Below, piece by piece: positions 44,069-52,961 of a stretch of 64,000 nt of DNA. The stretch's first letter is position 1. Each line of letters starts with the position of its first letter. Under the pieces are notes generated by a model. It had not been told where the DNA came from. It did not search any database and saw nothing but the letters and a program-made list of their open reading frames with translations. The DNA is taken from contig JBGCET010000035.1 in the NCBI GenBank assembly GCA_045106555.1, forward strand, positions 3,551-67,550, given 5' to 3'. The DNA comes from Lysobacterales bacterium (GTDB lineage Bacteria; Pseudomonadota; Gammaproteobacteria; Xanthomonadales; SZUA-38). Position numbers and translations under genes: made by a program.

Positions 44069-45322
44069 TCAGGCGGGATTGGGCGGTGGTTCGGGTCGGC
44101 GGGTTAGGACTATGGTCATGGCGACCAGGGCACAGGCCACCATTAGGGCGGTGACGCCGACGACGCCGAAGGGCAGGATTTGGCCGACGATTTGGGCCAT
44201 CAGGCCGCCGGTTAGCAGTTGCAACGCGCTGAAGCAGCCTGAGCCTGCGCCTTGGTTTGGGGCCGAGGCTGAGAGCAGGCGTATCTGCAAAGCAGGGTAG
44301 GCCAAGGCCTGGGCGGTGGTCATCAGCGCGATGGGGCCGAATACGCCCCAGGGACCAATGTCGGTTGTGGCCGATAGGACCAGCGCGGTGGTGCAGGCCA
44401 GCAGACTGCCCGTTGCACCCCAGAAAATCAGCGCCCGGGGAGTAACCCGACTGCCGAACTTTCCTGTGGTTAAGCTACCGATCAAATAGCCCAAAGGGAC
44501 GCCAAAAAAATACCAGCCGTAGGCTGACGCCGGCAGTCCGTAGTATTGGGTGATCAGATAGGGCGCGGCAGATAAGAAGGTCATGAACGCGCCCTGCAGC
44601 GCGGCGCCGTAGATGACCATCCGCGCGTAGGGCCTGCGCGATAGCAGACTGGCAAAACGCTTCCAGGGCACTAGCTGCGGGTCGCCCTTCACGTCCGCGG
44701 GGCGGGTCTCTGGCAGGAGGAAAAATACTCCGGCCAGTAGCCCTGTAGAAAGTGTCGCCACCGTCAGAAAAATATAACGCCAGCTGAAATATTCAATCAG
44801 GTAGCCGCCGATAAAAGGTCCCAAAACCGGGGCCAGCATCGTTGCCGCTGAGATATAGCCCAGCAGGCTCGTTGCGGACTTATCGCCATAGACGTCTTGC
44901 ACCACCACACGGGACAGCGTGAAACCCACTGTGGCCCCAGCGGCTTGAATGGCGCGCCCGGCAATGACCAGCCAGATGCTGTTGGCGCTGGCGCAAATGA
45001 TAGACCCCACTACCGCGAGGCTGACGCCCAGCAGGATCACCGGTCGCCGGCCGAGGCGATCTGACAACGCGCCGTAGATCAACGAACCCAACGCCATAAA
45101 CAATAAAGACACCGACAGGGTCAGTTGGGCAACCGATAGGCTGACACCAAATCCCTCCTGCAGGGCGGGAAGGGCAGGAATGAACGAGGACATGGCCAGC
45201 GGACCTAAGCCGGTAATGCACACCAGCAGCACCAGCAGGCCCCTCGAACCCCTGATGGGTGGGTTTGTTGGCGTGGGTTTGGCGGGTGGTTTGGGCGCTT
45301 CTGACGCGTGAAACGGGTCCAT
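44069..45322 (-). CDS. MFS transporter (Bcr/CflA-like drug:H+ antiporter type)
   Basis: 417 aa with about 12 TM segments. MFS motif GALSDRLGRRPV. Confidence 0.8.
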   Translation of the reverse strand: MDPFHASEAPKPPAKPTPTNPPIRGSRGLLVLLVCITGLGPLAMSSFIPALPALQEGFGVSLSVAQLTLSVSLLFMALGSLIYGALSDRLGRRPVILLGVSLAVVGSIICASANSIWLVIAGRAIQAAGATVGFTLSRVVVQDVYGDKSATSLLGYISAATMLAPVLGPFIGGYLIEYFSWRYIFLTVATLSTGLLAGVFFLLPETRPADVKGDPQLVPWKRFASLLSRRPYARMVIYGAALQGAFMTFLSAAPYLITQYYGLPASAYGWYFFGVPLGYLIGSLTTGKFGSRVTPRALIFWGATGSLLACTTALVLSATTDIGPWGVFGPIALMTTAQALAYPALQIRLLSASAPNQGAGSGCFSALQLLTGGLMAQIVGQILPFGVVGVTALMVACALVAMTIVLTRRPEPPPNPA

Positions 45323-45534
45323 CGGGTTTAGCTCCTGCAGGGTTACTCAGGGTAGACCCTTTCCTGTTGAGGTAATACCCCTATCGGCAGCGGCCGGCGT
45401 TACATTGCGTCGGGCAAAAAAAAGGACGATTATCTTTCGAGGGGATGTACCACGCAATCGCCCGATGGAGTTCATCTCGGCTTGCCAACACGTTTTTCAC
45501 TAACAACAAATTACCCACACCTACAGGAACTACT

Positions 45535-45975
45535 ATGAACCCACTTCTAGGACCCGCTGCTGTTTTGGTGCTGTGGTCATTGCTTGTTTTGGTTTGGCTG
45601 GTAGCAACCCGATTTCCGGCGTTTTCCAAAGCCGGCGTTGATGTAAAAAAATCCGCGCCTGGCGGGCGTTATGTTGATGTTGAGCAAAACATGCCGGCCA
45701 AGGTGAACTGGGTTTCCCATAACTACACCCATCTAATGGAGCAACCGACGCTGTTTTATGCGGTGATTGGGGTGTTGGCCATTTCTGGCGATATGGCGAC
45801 AGTGAACGTCGTGGCTGCTTGGGGGTACGTCGTTCTCCGCATCCTTCACAGCCTGTGGCAGGGGCTGGTGAACGTGGTCAAAGTTCGCATTGTGCTGTTT
45901 TCCTTGTCGACGTTGTGCCTGTTTGTACTGGCGTTTCATGCGGTGTTGAGAACGGTGGTGTTTGCTCACGGCTGA
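45535..45975 (+). CDS. MAPEG-like small membrane protein
   Basis: ATG at 45535 after GGAA. 146 aa with 4 hydrophobic helices. The HNYTHLMEQPTLFY segment resembles the MAPEG motif. Confidence 0.5.
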   Translation: MNPLLGPAAVLVLWSLLVLVWLVATRFPAFSKAGVDVKKSAPGGRYVDVEQNMPAKVNWVSHNYTHLMEQPTLFYAVIGVLAISGDMATVNVVAAWGYVVLRILHSLWQGLVNVVKVRIVLFSLSTLCLFVLAFHAVLRTVVFAHG

Positions 45976-46063
45976 TGCCGGCGACATGACACCTAAACCT
46001 CAGGTGTTGTCCATGCCGAATCGCAGGTGGGGTGCTGATTTTCAGCATCATCGCAGGGATAAA

Positions 46064-47761
46064 TTAGGGCTGAAATACGCAGCTCGGGTCCAGGGCTGCG
46101 GGACGATGCCAGTTGATGGTGGATTCATTGCGAAACGCCGCGGGCATTAGCGGCGACGGCTGGTCGGCCAGCCACTCAATGATAATGTCCCTGACCAGCG
46201 GCGCGCCAAAATCAATCGGAAAGCCGCCCTCGGGCATCACGGATTCCAGCACTTGGGCGCCGCCCAGCGCCAGGTAGTCGCTGGTGGCGACACTAATCTG
46301 GTCGCTGTCCTGTACAACCGATCCGTCGTTCCGCTGAAGCTTGACCGTCATCCCATCGCTTTCGCAGCTAATGAAAACCGAGACGCCTGAAATGCCCACA
46401 GTTCTCTGGCCGCGCCTGGCTTCGGACCCGGCGACCTGGCGCAGCTGAGCGCCCGACAGCGAAAGCTTTACTACCCGGTTGTCGAACGGAAACGTCTTGA
46501 ACAAGCTGCCGTAGGTTAACGGGCCCGCCGGTAGTGCGGTGCGCAGCCCGCCCACCACATTTTGCAGCACGATGTCGGCGTCCAGCGATTCATGCATCGC
46601 TTGAGTAAACAGATTGCCGAGGGACGAGTCAGGGCTTTGTTGCAGGGTGAAGGCGGCGCCCAAATCGACCCCAATCGGCTGGTTCCGTAGTGCTTGTGCC
46701 GCTGTCCTGGCACGGCTGGCGATAGCGCTGACTTTGGGCTGTGGCGCAATGGGCTGCCCCTCGTAAGTACTGCCTGCCCTAATTGGCTGGGGTGGATAAA
46801 TCACCTCAGATTCTACCGTTCCCCCGCGGGTGTTGATTTGATAATCCACTCGGCTGAACGCTCTTGTATTGGAATACGCCGAAGTGATGATAGTGCCGCC
46901 AACACGATGGGCCAGGCCCTGGTGTACATGGCCCGCAATAATTTGGTTGACCAGTCCCTCCGGCAAGGCTCGGGCCACCTGAAAAATTTCGCTGTCAGGC
47001 CGGCAGCTGGATAAATTGTGGGGATTGTCGAACCGTTCGCACGCCCCCCCTGCATGGGCGGTGACGATAACCAGTTGCGCGCCGCGTTGGCGCAGGCTTC
47101 GCGCCTCACGTTCAATGGTTGCCGCGAGCGGCGCCACTCGAAGGTCTGCCACGTTGGCCGCTATCGTGCCGGCCAATCCACGGCTGGCCAATACGCCGAT
47201 GACGCCAATAGACACACCGTTTTTTTCCAGCAGCACTGATGGCAGTATGTTGTCCCAGCCGATTGACTTACCGGTTTCGGCCACCGTCAGATTGGCGATA
47301 AGCAGCGGGAAATTCGCTTCCCGGGCGCGTCGCTTGAGTGCGCCCCGGGAATCTTCCGAAGCCGAGCGGGCGATGGCCTCTTTACCCTCCGGGCCAAAGT
47401 CGAACTCATGATTTCCAACGGCGGCGGCGTCATAGCCCATGGCGTTAAACGCCGCCACTACGTCTGCGCCTTCCGTCAGGTTTGACTCCAGCGTGCCCTG
47501 CCACATATCGCCGGCATCAATAAGAACGACGGCGCCACCATCGCCGGAGCGCACCTCACGCAGCCGCTGTACATAGCCGGAGAAGGTTTCCAGGCCTCCC
47601 ACACCGCCGCGTGCAGCCAGTTCCCCATGCACGTCGTTACTGCCAATGACCGTTAAAGTCATTAGCGACTGGTCGGGACTGCTGGCGCATCCGCTGGCTA
47701 GCAGGGCAAAGGCGATTACGTGGCTATAGAGCGTCGATTTCATGGGGCGACTATACCTCAT
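46064..47761 (-). CDS. Lipoprotein bifunctional metallophosphatase / 5'-nucleotidase (UshA-like)
   Basis: Lipobox LLASGC. Metallophosphatase motifs GSNDVHG, DAGDMWQG, GNHEFDFG. C-terminal 5'-nucleotidase domain. An alternative start lies at 47743. Confidence 0.8.
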   Translation of the reverse strand: MRYSRPMKSTLYSHVIAFALLASGCASSPDQSLMTLTVIGSNDVHGELAARGGVGGLETFSGYVQRLREVRSGDGGAVVLIDAGDMWQGTLESNLTEGADVVAAFNAMGYDAAAVGNHEFDFGPEGKEAIARSASEDSRGALKRRAREANFPLLIANLTVAETGKSIGWDNILPSVLLEKNGVSIGVIGVLASRGLAGTIAANVADLRVAPLAATIEREARSLRQRGAQLVIVTAHAGGACERFDNPHNLSSCRPDSEIFQVARALPEGLVNQIIAGHVHQGLAHRVGGTIITSAYSNTRAFSRVDYQINTRGGTVESEVIYPPQPIRAGSTYEGQPIAPQPKVSAIASRARTAAQALRNQPIGVDLGAAFTLQQSPDSSLGNLFTQAMHESLDADIVLQNVVGGLRTALPAGPLTYGSLFKTFPFDNRVVKLSLSGAQLRQVAGSEARRGQRTVGISGVSVFISCESDGMTVKLQRNDGSVVQDSDQISVATSDYLALGGAQVLESVMPEGGFPIDFGAPLVRDIIIEWLADQPSPLMPAAFRNESTINWHRPAALDPSCVFQP

Positions 47762-47857
47762 TGTTAGTCGGTTTTAGGGCCACCCGAATCTGCCCCGGCA
47801 GGCCCAAGATTCAGCGCTCAACTGATACTATGAGCGAGAAGAAATCGGGACCCTCCA

Positions 47858-49690
47858 ATGATGACTATTCGCCACCACCTCGTGCTTGCCGCAGTACTAG
47901 TCCTTGTCGCCTGCAGCCAATCCCCCACCACGCTGAAGCCGAGTGCTTCGCCCAGCGCCTTGTCTGAGGATCAGAGATTACTGGACTTTATCGAGGGGGT
48001 ATTCGACCGAGAACTGGCCAAGAGTCCGGACCGCCAGTCTGAACTGGGAATCGACGGTGGGGCGCAGTCGCAGTGGACCGACCGGTCCGATGCCAGAGCC
48101 CGACGTGATCGTTTGCAGGCCCAGTTAGACCTCACCGAAATCACCACAAAAATTGATCGATCCCAGCTGAGTGACGAGGGTCAGTTGAACTATGATCTGT
48201 TTCGCCGCGAACTGACCGAACAGATCGCGAATGCCAGATTCCGTCGTCAAAGTTATGTCGTCGATCAATTTCGGGGCCAGTACACCTCGCCGCTAACCCT
48301 GCTGCAGAACAACCACAAAATTACCGACGTGGCGGGCGCAGAAGCGTACGTGCAACGCCTTTATGGTCTGGAGGCGGTGTTGACCGATATGGCAACGCGG
48401 ATGGCCGATCGGGCGACCTTCAGCGCCAACCCGCCGGCTTTTGCCTTTGAGCCGATGATTTCGGACATCCGCAGCATCCTCAGCGGTCAACCGCTGGATA
48501 ACAGCGTCACCGATCATCCGCTGTGGTCAGACTTCAAGTCTAAGGTCGATGCCCTGGCGCTGGACTCAGCACGCAAACAGGCCCTGTTGGAATCGGCGAC
48601 AGTGGCATTAAAGGGGCCGTTCCGGCGAGGATATCAGCGTCTGCTGGCAGAAATTGAACGCCAGCAGCCCCACCAGAAAAATAGCCAGGGGGTTTGGGCG
48701 CTGCCCGATGGGAAGGCGTTTTATGCGCGCCGAGTGAAGGCATCAACGACCCTGGACCTATCGCCCGAGGAGATTCACCAGCTAGGGCTAAGGGAAGTTG
48801 CCCGCATTCACAATGAGATGCGAGAGATCATGAGAGCGGTGAAGTTCTCAGGAGACCTGCGGGGGTTTTTTGAATTTATCCGTACCGACCCTAACAACTT
48901 CTATCCCAACAGCGATGAAGGTCGCGAGCAGTTCTTAGCGGATGCGCGGACCCAGACCGCAGAGATTTTTGCCATTGCTGATCAGTATTTTCACACCCTG
49001 CCCAAAGCGTCGCTGGACGTTCGTCGCGTGGAGCCCTGGCGGGAAAACTCGACCTCGATCGCGTTTTATAACCGGCCAAGTCAGGACGGTACGCGCCCGG
49101 GTGTGTACTACGCAAATCTCGCCGATATGACCGGCGTGCAGAAATACGTTTTCCAGGCTATCACCTATCACGAAGGCGTTCCGGGCCATCACTTTCAGCT
49201 GGCCCAGGCACAGGAGATGGAGGGCATTCCTCAGTTTCGTAAATTTGGCGGTCAGGTGGCCTACATTGAAGGTTGGGCGCTGTATGCCGAGCAGCTGGCG
49301 AAGGAAATGGGCTTCTACAAAGAGCCGCTGTATGACTTTGGCCGCCTGCAAAACGAGCTGTGGCGGTCGGTGCGGCTGGTGGTGGATACCGGCATTCACC
49401 ACAAGCGCTGGAGTCGCCAGCAGGCCATTGACTATTTTGTCACCAACACGCCGTTGTCTGCGCAGGACATTGTGACCGAGGTCGAACGGTACTTTGTAAA
49501 CCCGGGGCAGGCGCTGTCGTACAAGATGGGCATGATTACCATTTTGGGCCTTCGAAGTGAGGCCCAGAAAGCGCTCAAAGATGCGTTCGATATTCGCGAT
49601 TTTCACCAGGCCGTTCTTGGCGCAGGTTCGCTCCCCCTGCCTGTTCTTGAGAGTCGCGTCAGACGTTATATAGCCAGCGCAGTTCGCTAG
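47858..49690 (+). CDS. DUF885-family lipoprotein (putative metallopeptidase-like)
   Basis: Lipobox LVACS. DUF885 signature ITYHEGVPGHHFQ and EGWALYAE. Confidence 0.75.
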   Translation: MMTIRHHLVLAAVLVLVACSQSPTTLKPSASPSALSEDQRLLDFIEGVFDRELAKSPDRQSELGIDGGAQSQWTDRSDARARRDRLQAQLDLTEITTKIDRSQLSDEGQLNYDLFRRELTEQIANARFRRQSYVVDQFRGQYTSPLTLLQNNHKITDVAGAEAYVQRLYGLEAVLTDMATRMADRATFSANPPAFAFEPMISDIRSILSGQPLDNSVTDHPLWSDFKSKVDALALDSARKQALLESATVALKGPFRRGYQRLLAEIERQQPHQKNSQGVWALPDGKAFYARRVKASTTLDLSPEEIHQLGLREVARIHNEMREIMRAVKFSGDLRGFFEFIRTDPNNFYPNSDEGREQFLADARTQTAEIFAIADQYFHTLPKASLDVRRVEPWRENSTSIAFYNRPSQDGTRPGVYYANLADMTGVQKYVFQAITYHEGVPGHHFQLAQAQEMEGIPQFRKFGGQVAYIEGWALYAEQLAKEMGFYKEPLYDFGRLQNELWRSVRLVVDTGIHHKRWSRQQAIDYFVTNTPLSAQDIVTEVERYFVNPGQALSYKMGMITILGLRSEAQKALKDAFDIRDFHQAVLGAGSLPLPVLESRVRRYIASAVR

Positions 49691-49725
49691 CGATGTTAGT
49701 ACTTTCCAATAATTTGAGTTGACGG

Positions 49726-50514
49726 ATGTTTAACTTTACCTACGACGCTTCGGTATTCATGGTGGTGTTTTTCTTATTGGTGCCGGTCACGTTAGCCTGG
49801 CTCTGCCGCCGGGTTGGCGGTTGGCGAAAATTCTTGTGGCTGTTGCTTACCGTGGTGTTTTCTTGGGGAGCATTGATTGCACTGCTTGTTTTGGTGCCGC
49901 GGAAACTTGCCAGCGCAGAGGAACGGACGCCCTGGCAGCAACGTGTTTGGGTCATCGGCGCCCTGGTTTTGGTTACCATCGTAAGTCCAGCGCTGGGGCT
50001 ATTGTCTGATGAGTTTTTGGATGCGCCAATGATCCAATCATCGGTATTGCCAATTGAAACAGCCTATCAAGCCATTGGGCGCAGAAGTTATCATCGAGAA
50101 GTTCTGAAAAAAATCCAGGCCAAACATCAATGGCGTTATCTGTGGCACGTGGTTTTTACCAACGTTGCGTTACTCCAGGACGAACCCTTTGGGCTGAACC
50201 CTGTGGTTCGTATGAAGTTTGGCGACGGCAGTATTCTGCAGTACCACGTACGAAAAATTGGACTCGACGAAATTAGACTAGAAGTACAAAAGGGCCGGGA
50301 TGCCGACAACAACGCAATCGTTCCGCCCGCTCAAGCTCATAAATATCGTGGTACTCGCGGTGAACTAGGCAGTGCAGAAAACATTGCTGCTTTTACTGCT
50401 TACTTGCAACGGATCGGTGTTGAGGTTGTGGACGAAGTGCCAGGTGCTGCCGCTGCCCGTTGGCATTGCCCGGGACCTGATTTCCGTTGCCGGGTTTTTG
50501 CTCAAGACCAGTGA
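49726..50514 (+). CDS. Hypothetical membrane-anchored protein, AT-rich relative to its surroundings
   Basis: 262 aa. Three N-terminal hydrophobic helices (a PLDc_N-like segment FLWLLLTVVFSWGALIALLVLVPRK), then about 150 aa with no motif. A hand count gives 43 G+C in the 100 nt at 50041..50140. Confidence 0.5.
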   Translation: MFNFTYDASVFMVVFFLLVPVTLAWLCRRVGGWRKFLWLLLTVVFSWGALIALLVLVPRKLASAEERTPWQQRVWVIGALVLVTIVSPALGLLSDEFLDAPMIQSSVLPIETAYQAIGRRSYHREVLKKIQAKHQWRYLWHVVFTNVALLQDEPFGLNPVVRMKFGDGSILQYHVRKIGLDEIRLEVQKGRDADNNAIVPPAQAHKYRGTRGELGSAENIAAFTAYLQRIGVEVVDEVPGAAAARWHCPGPDFRCRVFAQDQ

Positions 50515-50557
50515 GTACCTCCTTAAGGTTATGCTCTTTGATCAAGCCGCTCACGAG

Positions 50558-51097
50558 CTACGCTAAGCGCCTTGCATGACTCATTGCGATGTAAGCACCC
50601 AACGCGATTTCTATCACCCCCACGGGGAGTGCAACACCCAATGACATCACCGTAGGTGTCACGATGGCCGCAATGCCAATACCTGCTAACAGTGTTCCCA
50701 GTACCCAGAACGTCCGATCACCGTACAGCGTGTTGAAGGCAAAATAATGGGTGCCCACGGCAATGGCCAGAAGCGGAAACACCCATTGCGGGTGAGTGGG
50801 CAGGATTAGATAGGCGGCAAGAAACCCGCCAATCATGGCAATCGTGCTTTCAAGGGCAATATTGCTCAATCGATTGTCCCCATCTAGCGCCGGTCGTTTG
50901 AAGACCTGACGAGCGATTAGCGTGGCCAGGGGAAAAATCAGCATCCCGCCGAAGAACAAGACGACAAAAGCGGTTTCAGTCGTTCGCTGACGTTCCACCA
51001 GGCCGGCGATGACCCAAATTACCCCGGACACAATGACGCCCGGACCCCCGCCCACATAAGACCGTCGTACGTTCTCTTGAGCGGATGCAAGTTCCAT
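50558..51097 (-). CDS. Integral membrane protein, unknown function
   Basis: 179 aa with about 5 TM helices. Divergent from the second GntR gene. Confidence 0.5.
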   Translation of the reverse strand: MELASAQENVRRSYVGGGPGVIVSGVIWVIAGLVERQRTTETAFVVLFFGGMLIFPLATLIARQVFKRPALDGDNRLSNIALESTIAMIGGFLAAYLILPTHPQWVFPLLAIAVGTHYFAFNTLYGDRTFWVLGTLLAGIGIAAIVTPTVMSLGVALPVGVIEIALGAYIAMSHARRLA

Positions 51098-51193
51098 GAG
51101 CTTTGTCCCTGTTGATCATTGTTTATTGAGGTTAGTTGCTGGCGAGTCACTCAAAAACTCACATTTGTCATTGATCTTGATATTTCTTTGATC

Positions 51194-51225
51194 CATATGT
51201 ACCATTACAGCGAGTGGTACATATG
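51194..51225. promoter_or_regulatory. Perfect 11-bp inverted repeat CATATGTACCA-N10-TGGTACATATG, putative operator of the adjacent YtrA-like regulator
   Basis: 51194..51204 is the exact reverse complement of 51215..51225. The repeat ends 14 nt upstream of the ATG at 51240, in the divergent gap. Confidence 0.55.
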
Positions 51226-51239
51226 GTGCATAGATCAAT

Positions 51240-51620
51240 ATGGATATCGTGATTGACCTGGAAGCCTCCAGCCCGCCCTTTGCTCAATTGATGGAGCAGA
51301 TCAAGACAGCGGTGGCCAGCGGTATGCTCAAACCCGGTGCAGGGTTGCCATCAATACGCCAGCTGGCTGGTGATCTGGGCCTCAACAGCAAGACCGTCGC
51401 AAAGGCTTATCGGCTGCTGGAGCGTGATGCTGTCATCTTGTGCCGAGGCTACCGGGGTACCGTGGTGCATCCCGATGGCGCGGCCAATTGTTCGGTGGAT
51501 TTGAGCGCTCAGATCAACCAAACCCTGCGCGAGAGCGTCGCAAAGCTGCGCGATCTTGGCGCAACGGATTCAGAACTTCGAATAGCGTTCAGCAACGTGA
51601 TGAACGAACCCAAATCTTAG
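51240..51620 (+). CDS. GntR-family transcriptional regulator, short YtrA-like subfamily
   Basis: PFAQLMEQIKTAVASGMLKPGAGLPSIRQLAGDLGLNSKTVAKAYRLLERDAVI. 126 aa. Confidence 0.8.
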   Translation: MDIVIDLEASSPPFAQLMEQIKTAVASGMLKPGAGLPSIRQLAGDLGLNSKTVAKAYRLLERDAVILCRGYRGTVVHPDGAANCSVDLSAQINQTLRESVAKLRDLGATDSELRIAFSNVMNEPKS

Positions 51621-51629
51621 GAGCCTGCC

Positions 51630-52511
51630 ATGCATACTTGGGCACAGTGGTTGTTTTACATCGTATTTGCGGGTCAGATCTGGCTCGTTTCTCGGTACTT
51701 TCCGCGCAGGCAGGAGGCGCGCATGCGCCATGTGCTGGAAACTTATCCACCCGAAGAGTTCCCTCGCCTGTATCCCCGCTCGCGGGACTACTACGTGGGG
51801 TCACTGCTCGCTTATCGTTGGGCGAACAAGGCCATCTCGGCGTTGGGCGTTGTGGTGTTACTGGCCCTGGTATTTGTTGTGGACCACGCCAACTTTGCTG
51901 ACGATGGATATGTTTCTGAAATCTGGCCACTGCTGTTCGCAGCCGTTCAGTTTATTCCTCTTATCGCGCTTGAGATTTCCGCCTGCGGTCAGTATCGAAT
52001 GATGCGTCGGCTAAACACTGCCAGCGTGCGCCGAGCGCCACTGGTGCCCAGACGTCTCAGCGATTTTGTGTCGCCGTTAACATTGAGTGTCGCCGTGGTT
52101 TTGATTGTTGCCGCCGTGGGGTTTGATGCGGCGCTCAATGGCGCTGATCATGGTGGCATCGCGGGCGCTTTCACCCGCTCGTTAGGTCTAATCTTTGGCA
52201 ATGGCGTGATCGCTATCTCCGGCGCCATGATGTTGCGAGGGCGCAAACCCAACCCCCATCAAAGCGCTCACGATCGGGCGCGGCACATCTCCGCTGCGTT
52301 AACCTCGTCGGTTTGCGTCAGCATTGCGCTCAGCGTATTTCATATGGCCGGCACCCTGGATCGGGCGTTCGACCTGGATTACCTGGACGCCACCATCAGC
52401 AGTTTGTACGTGGTGATTATTGCCAGCCTGTCCATTGGGTATTTGATGCAGAAGCTGACCCTTCGTCCCTCGGACTTTGAGGGCTACCGAGACGACCCTA
52501 CAAGCGCCTGA
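51630..52511 (+). CDS. Integral membrane protein, unknown function (co-transcribed with the YtrA-like regulator)
   Basis: 293 aa, AGGAG RBS, about 7 hydrophobic helices. Starts 9 nt after the regulator stop. Confidence 0.55.
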   Translation: MHTWAQWLFYIVFAGQIWLVSRYFPRRQEARMRHVLETYPPEEFPRLYPRSRDYYVGSLLAYRWANKAISALGVVVLLALVFVVDHANFADDGYVSEIWPLLFAAVQFIPLIALEISACGQYRMMRRLNTASVRRAPLVPRRLSDFVSPLTLSVAVVLIVAAVGFDAALNGADHGGIAGAFTRSLGLIFGNGVIAISGAMMLRGRKPNPHQSAHDRARHISAALTSSVCVSIALSVFHMAGTLDRAFDLDYLDATISSLYVVIIASLSIGYLMQKLTLRPSDFEGYRDDPTSA

Positions 52512-52554
52512 AGGGTCGTGTGCTGTCGCGAGAATCTTTTAACCAGAGCGAAAA

Positions 52555-52896
52555 ATGACCACAAGCCAAGCAAGTGAAATGCCCACTGTTGTGATTGTTA
52601 CGTTTCCCAGCGTCTCGACGATGTCGCAAGGGGATCTGCGTCGTTTGCTGGAAGAGACGGGGCCGAAATACACCGCTATCGAAGGCCTGAAACGTAAGTA
52701 CTTTATCTCCGGTGAACAATGCGGAGGCGGCGTGTACGAATGGCGCTCCAGGCCTCTGGCTGAGCAGTTTTATACTGAAAGCTGGTACAGCCAGATGCAC
52801 GATCGCACCGGTACCAGGCCTACAGTTACCTTTTATGATGCCCCGGCCATCGCAGATGGGATAAGCCACCAGCTAGAAATTTTTGTGAGTGATTGA
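52555..52896 (+). CDS. YdhR-like small monooxygenase-fold (dimeric alpha/beta barrel) protein
   Basis: 113 aa. The YFISGEQCGGGVYEWRSRPLAEQFY pattern resembles the YdhR family. Confidence 0.45.
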   Translation: MTTSQASEMPTVVIVTFPSVSTMSQGDLRRLLEETGPKYTAIEGLKRKYFISGEQCGGGVYEWRSRPLAEQFYTESWYSQMHDRTGTRPTVTFYDAPAIADGISHQLEIFVSD

Positions 52897-52961
52897 CCAC
52901 CAATCGGCACATCCTTATGCCGGCTCAAATTCATTAGGCTTAGGCCGACTCGTGTCCTGAG

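Noticed and set aside
48935-49606. 223-aa ORF antisense to the DUF885 gene. Similar long antisense ORFs lie at 20894..21499 (201 aa, in GGT), 54175..54828 (217 aa, in the giant gene), 37007..37570 (187 aa, in oxd), 9381..9974 (197 aa), 42759..43301 (180 aa, in ocd) and 2749..3264 (171 aa, in yheS).
   Set aside because: In every case the opposite strand encodes a protein with clear family motifs over its full length. The antisense translations are low-complexity and Arg/Gly/His-rich, as expected for stop-poor antisense frames in high-GC DNA. None has a start context or recognisable motif.
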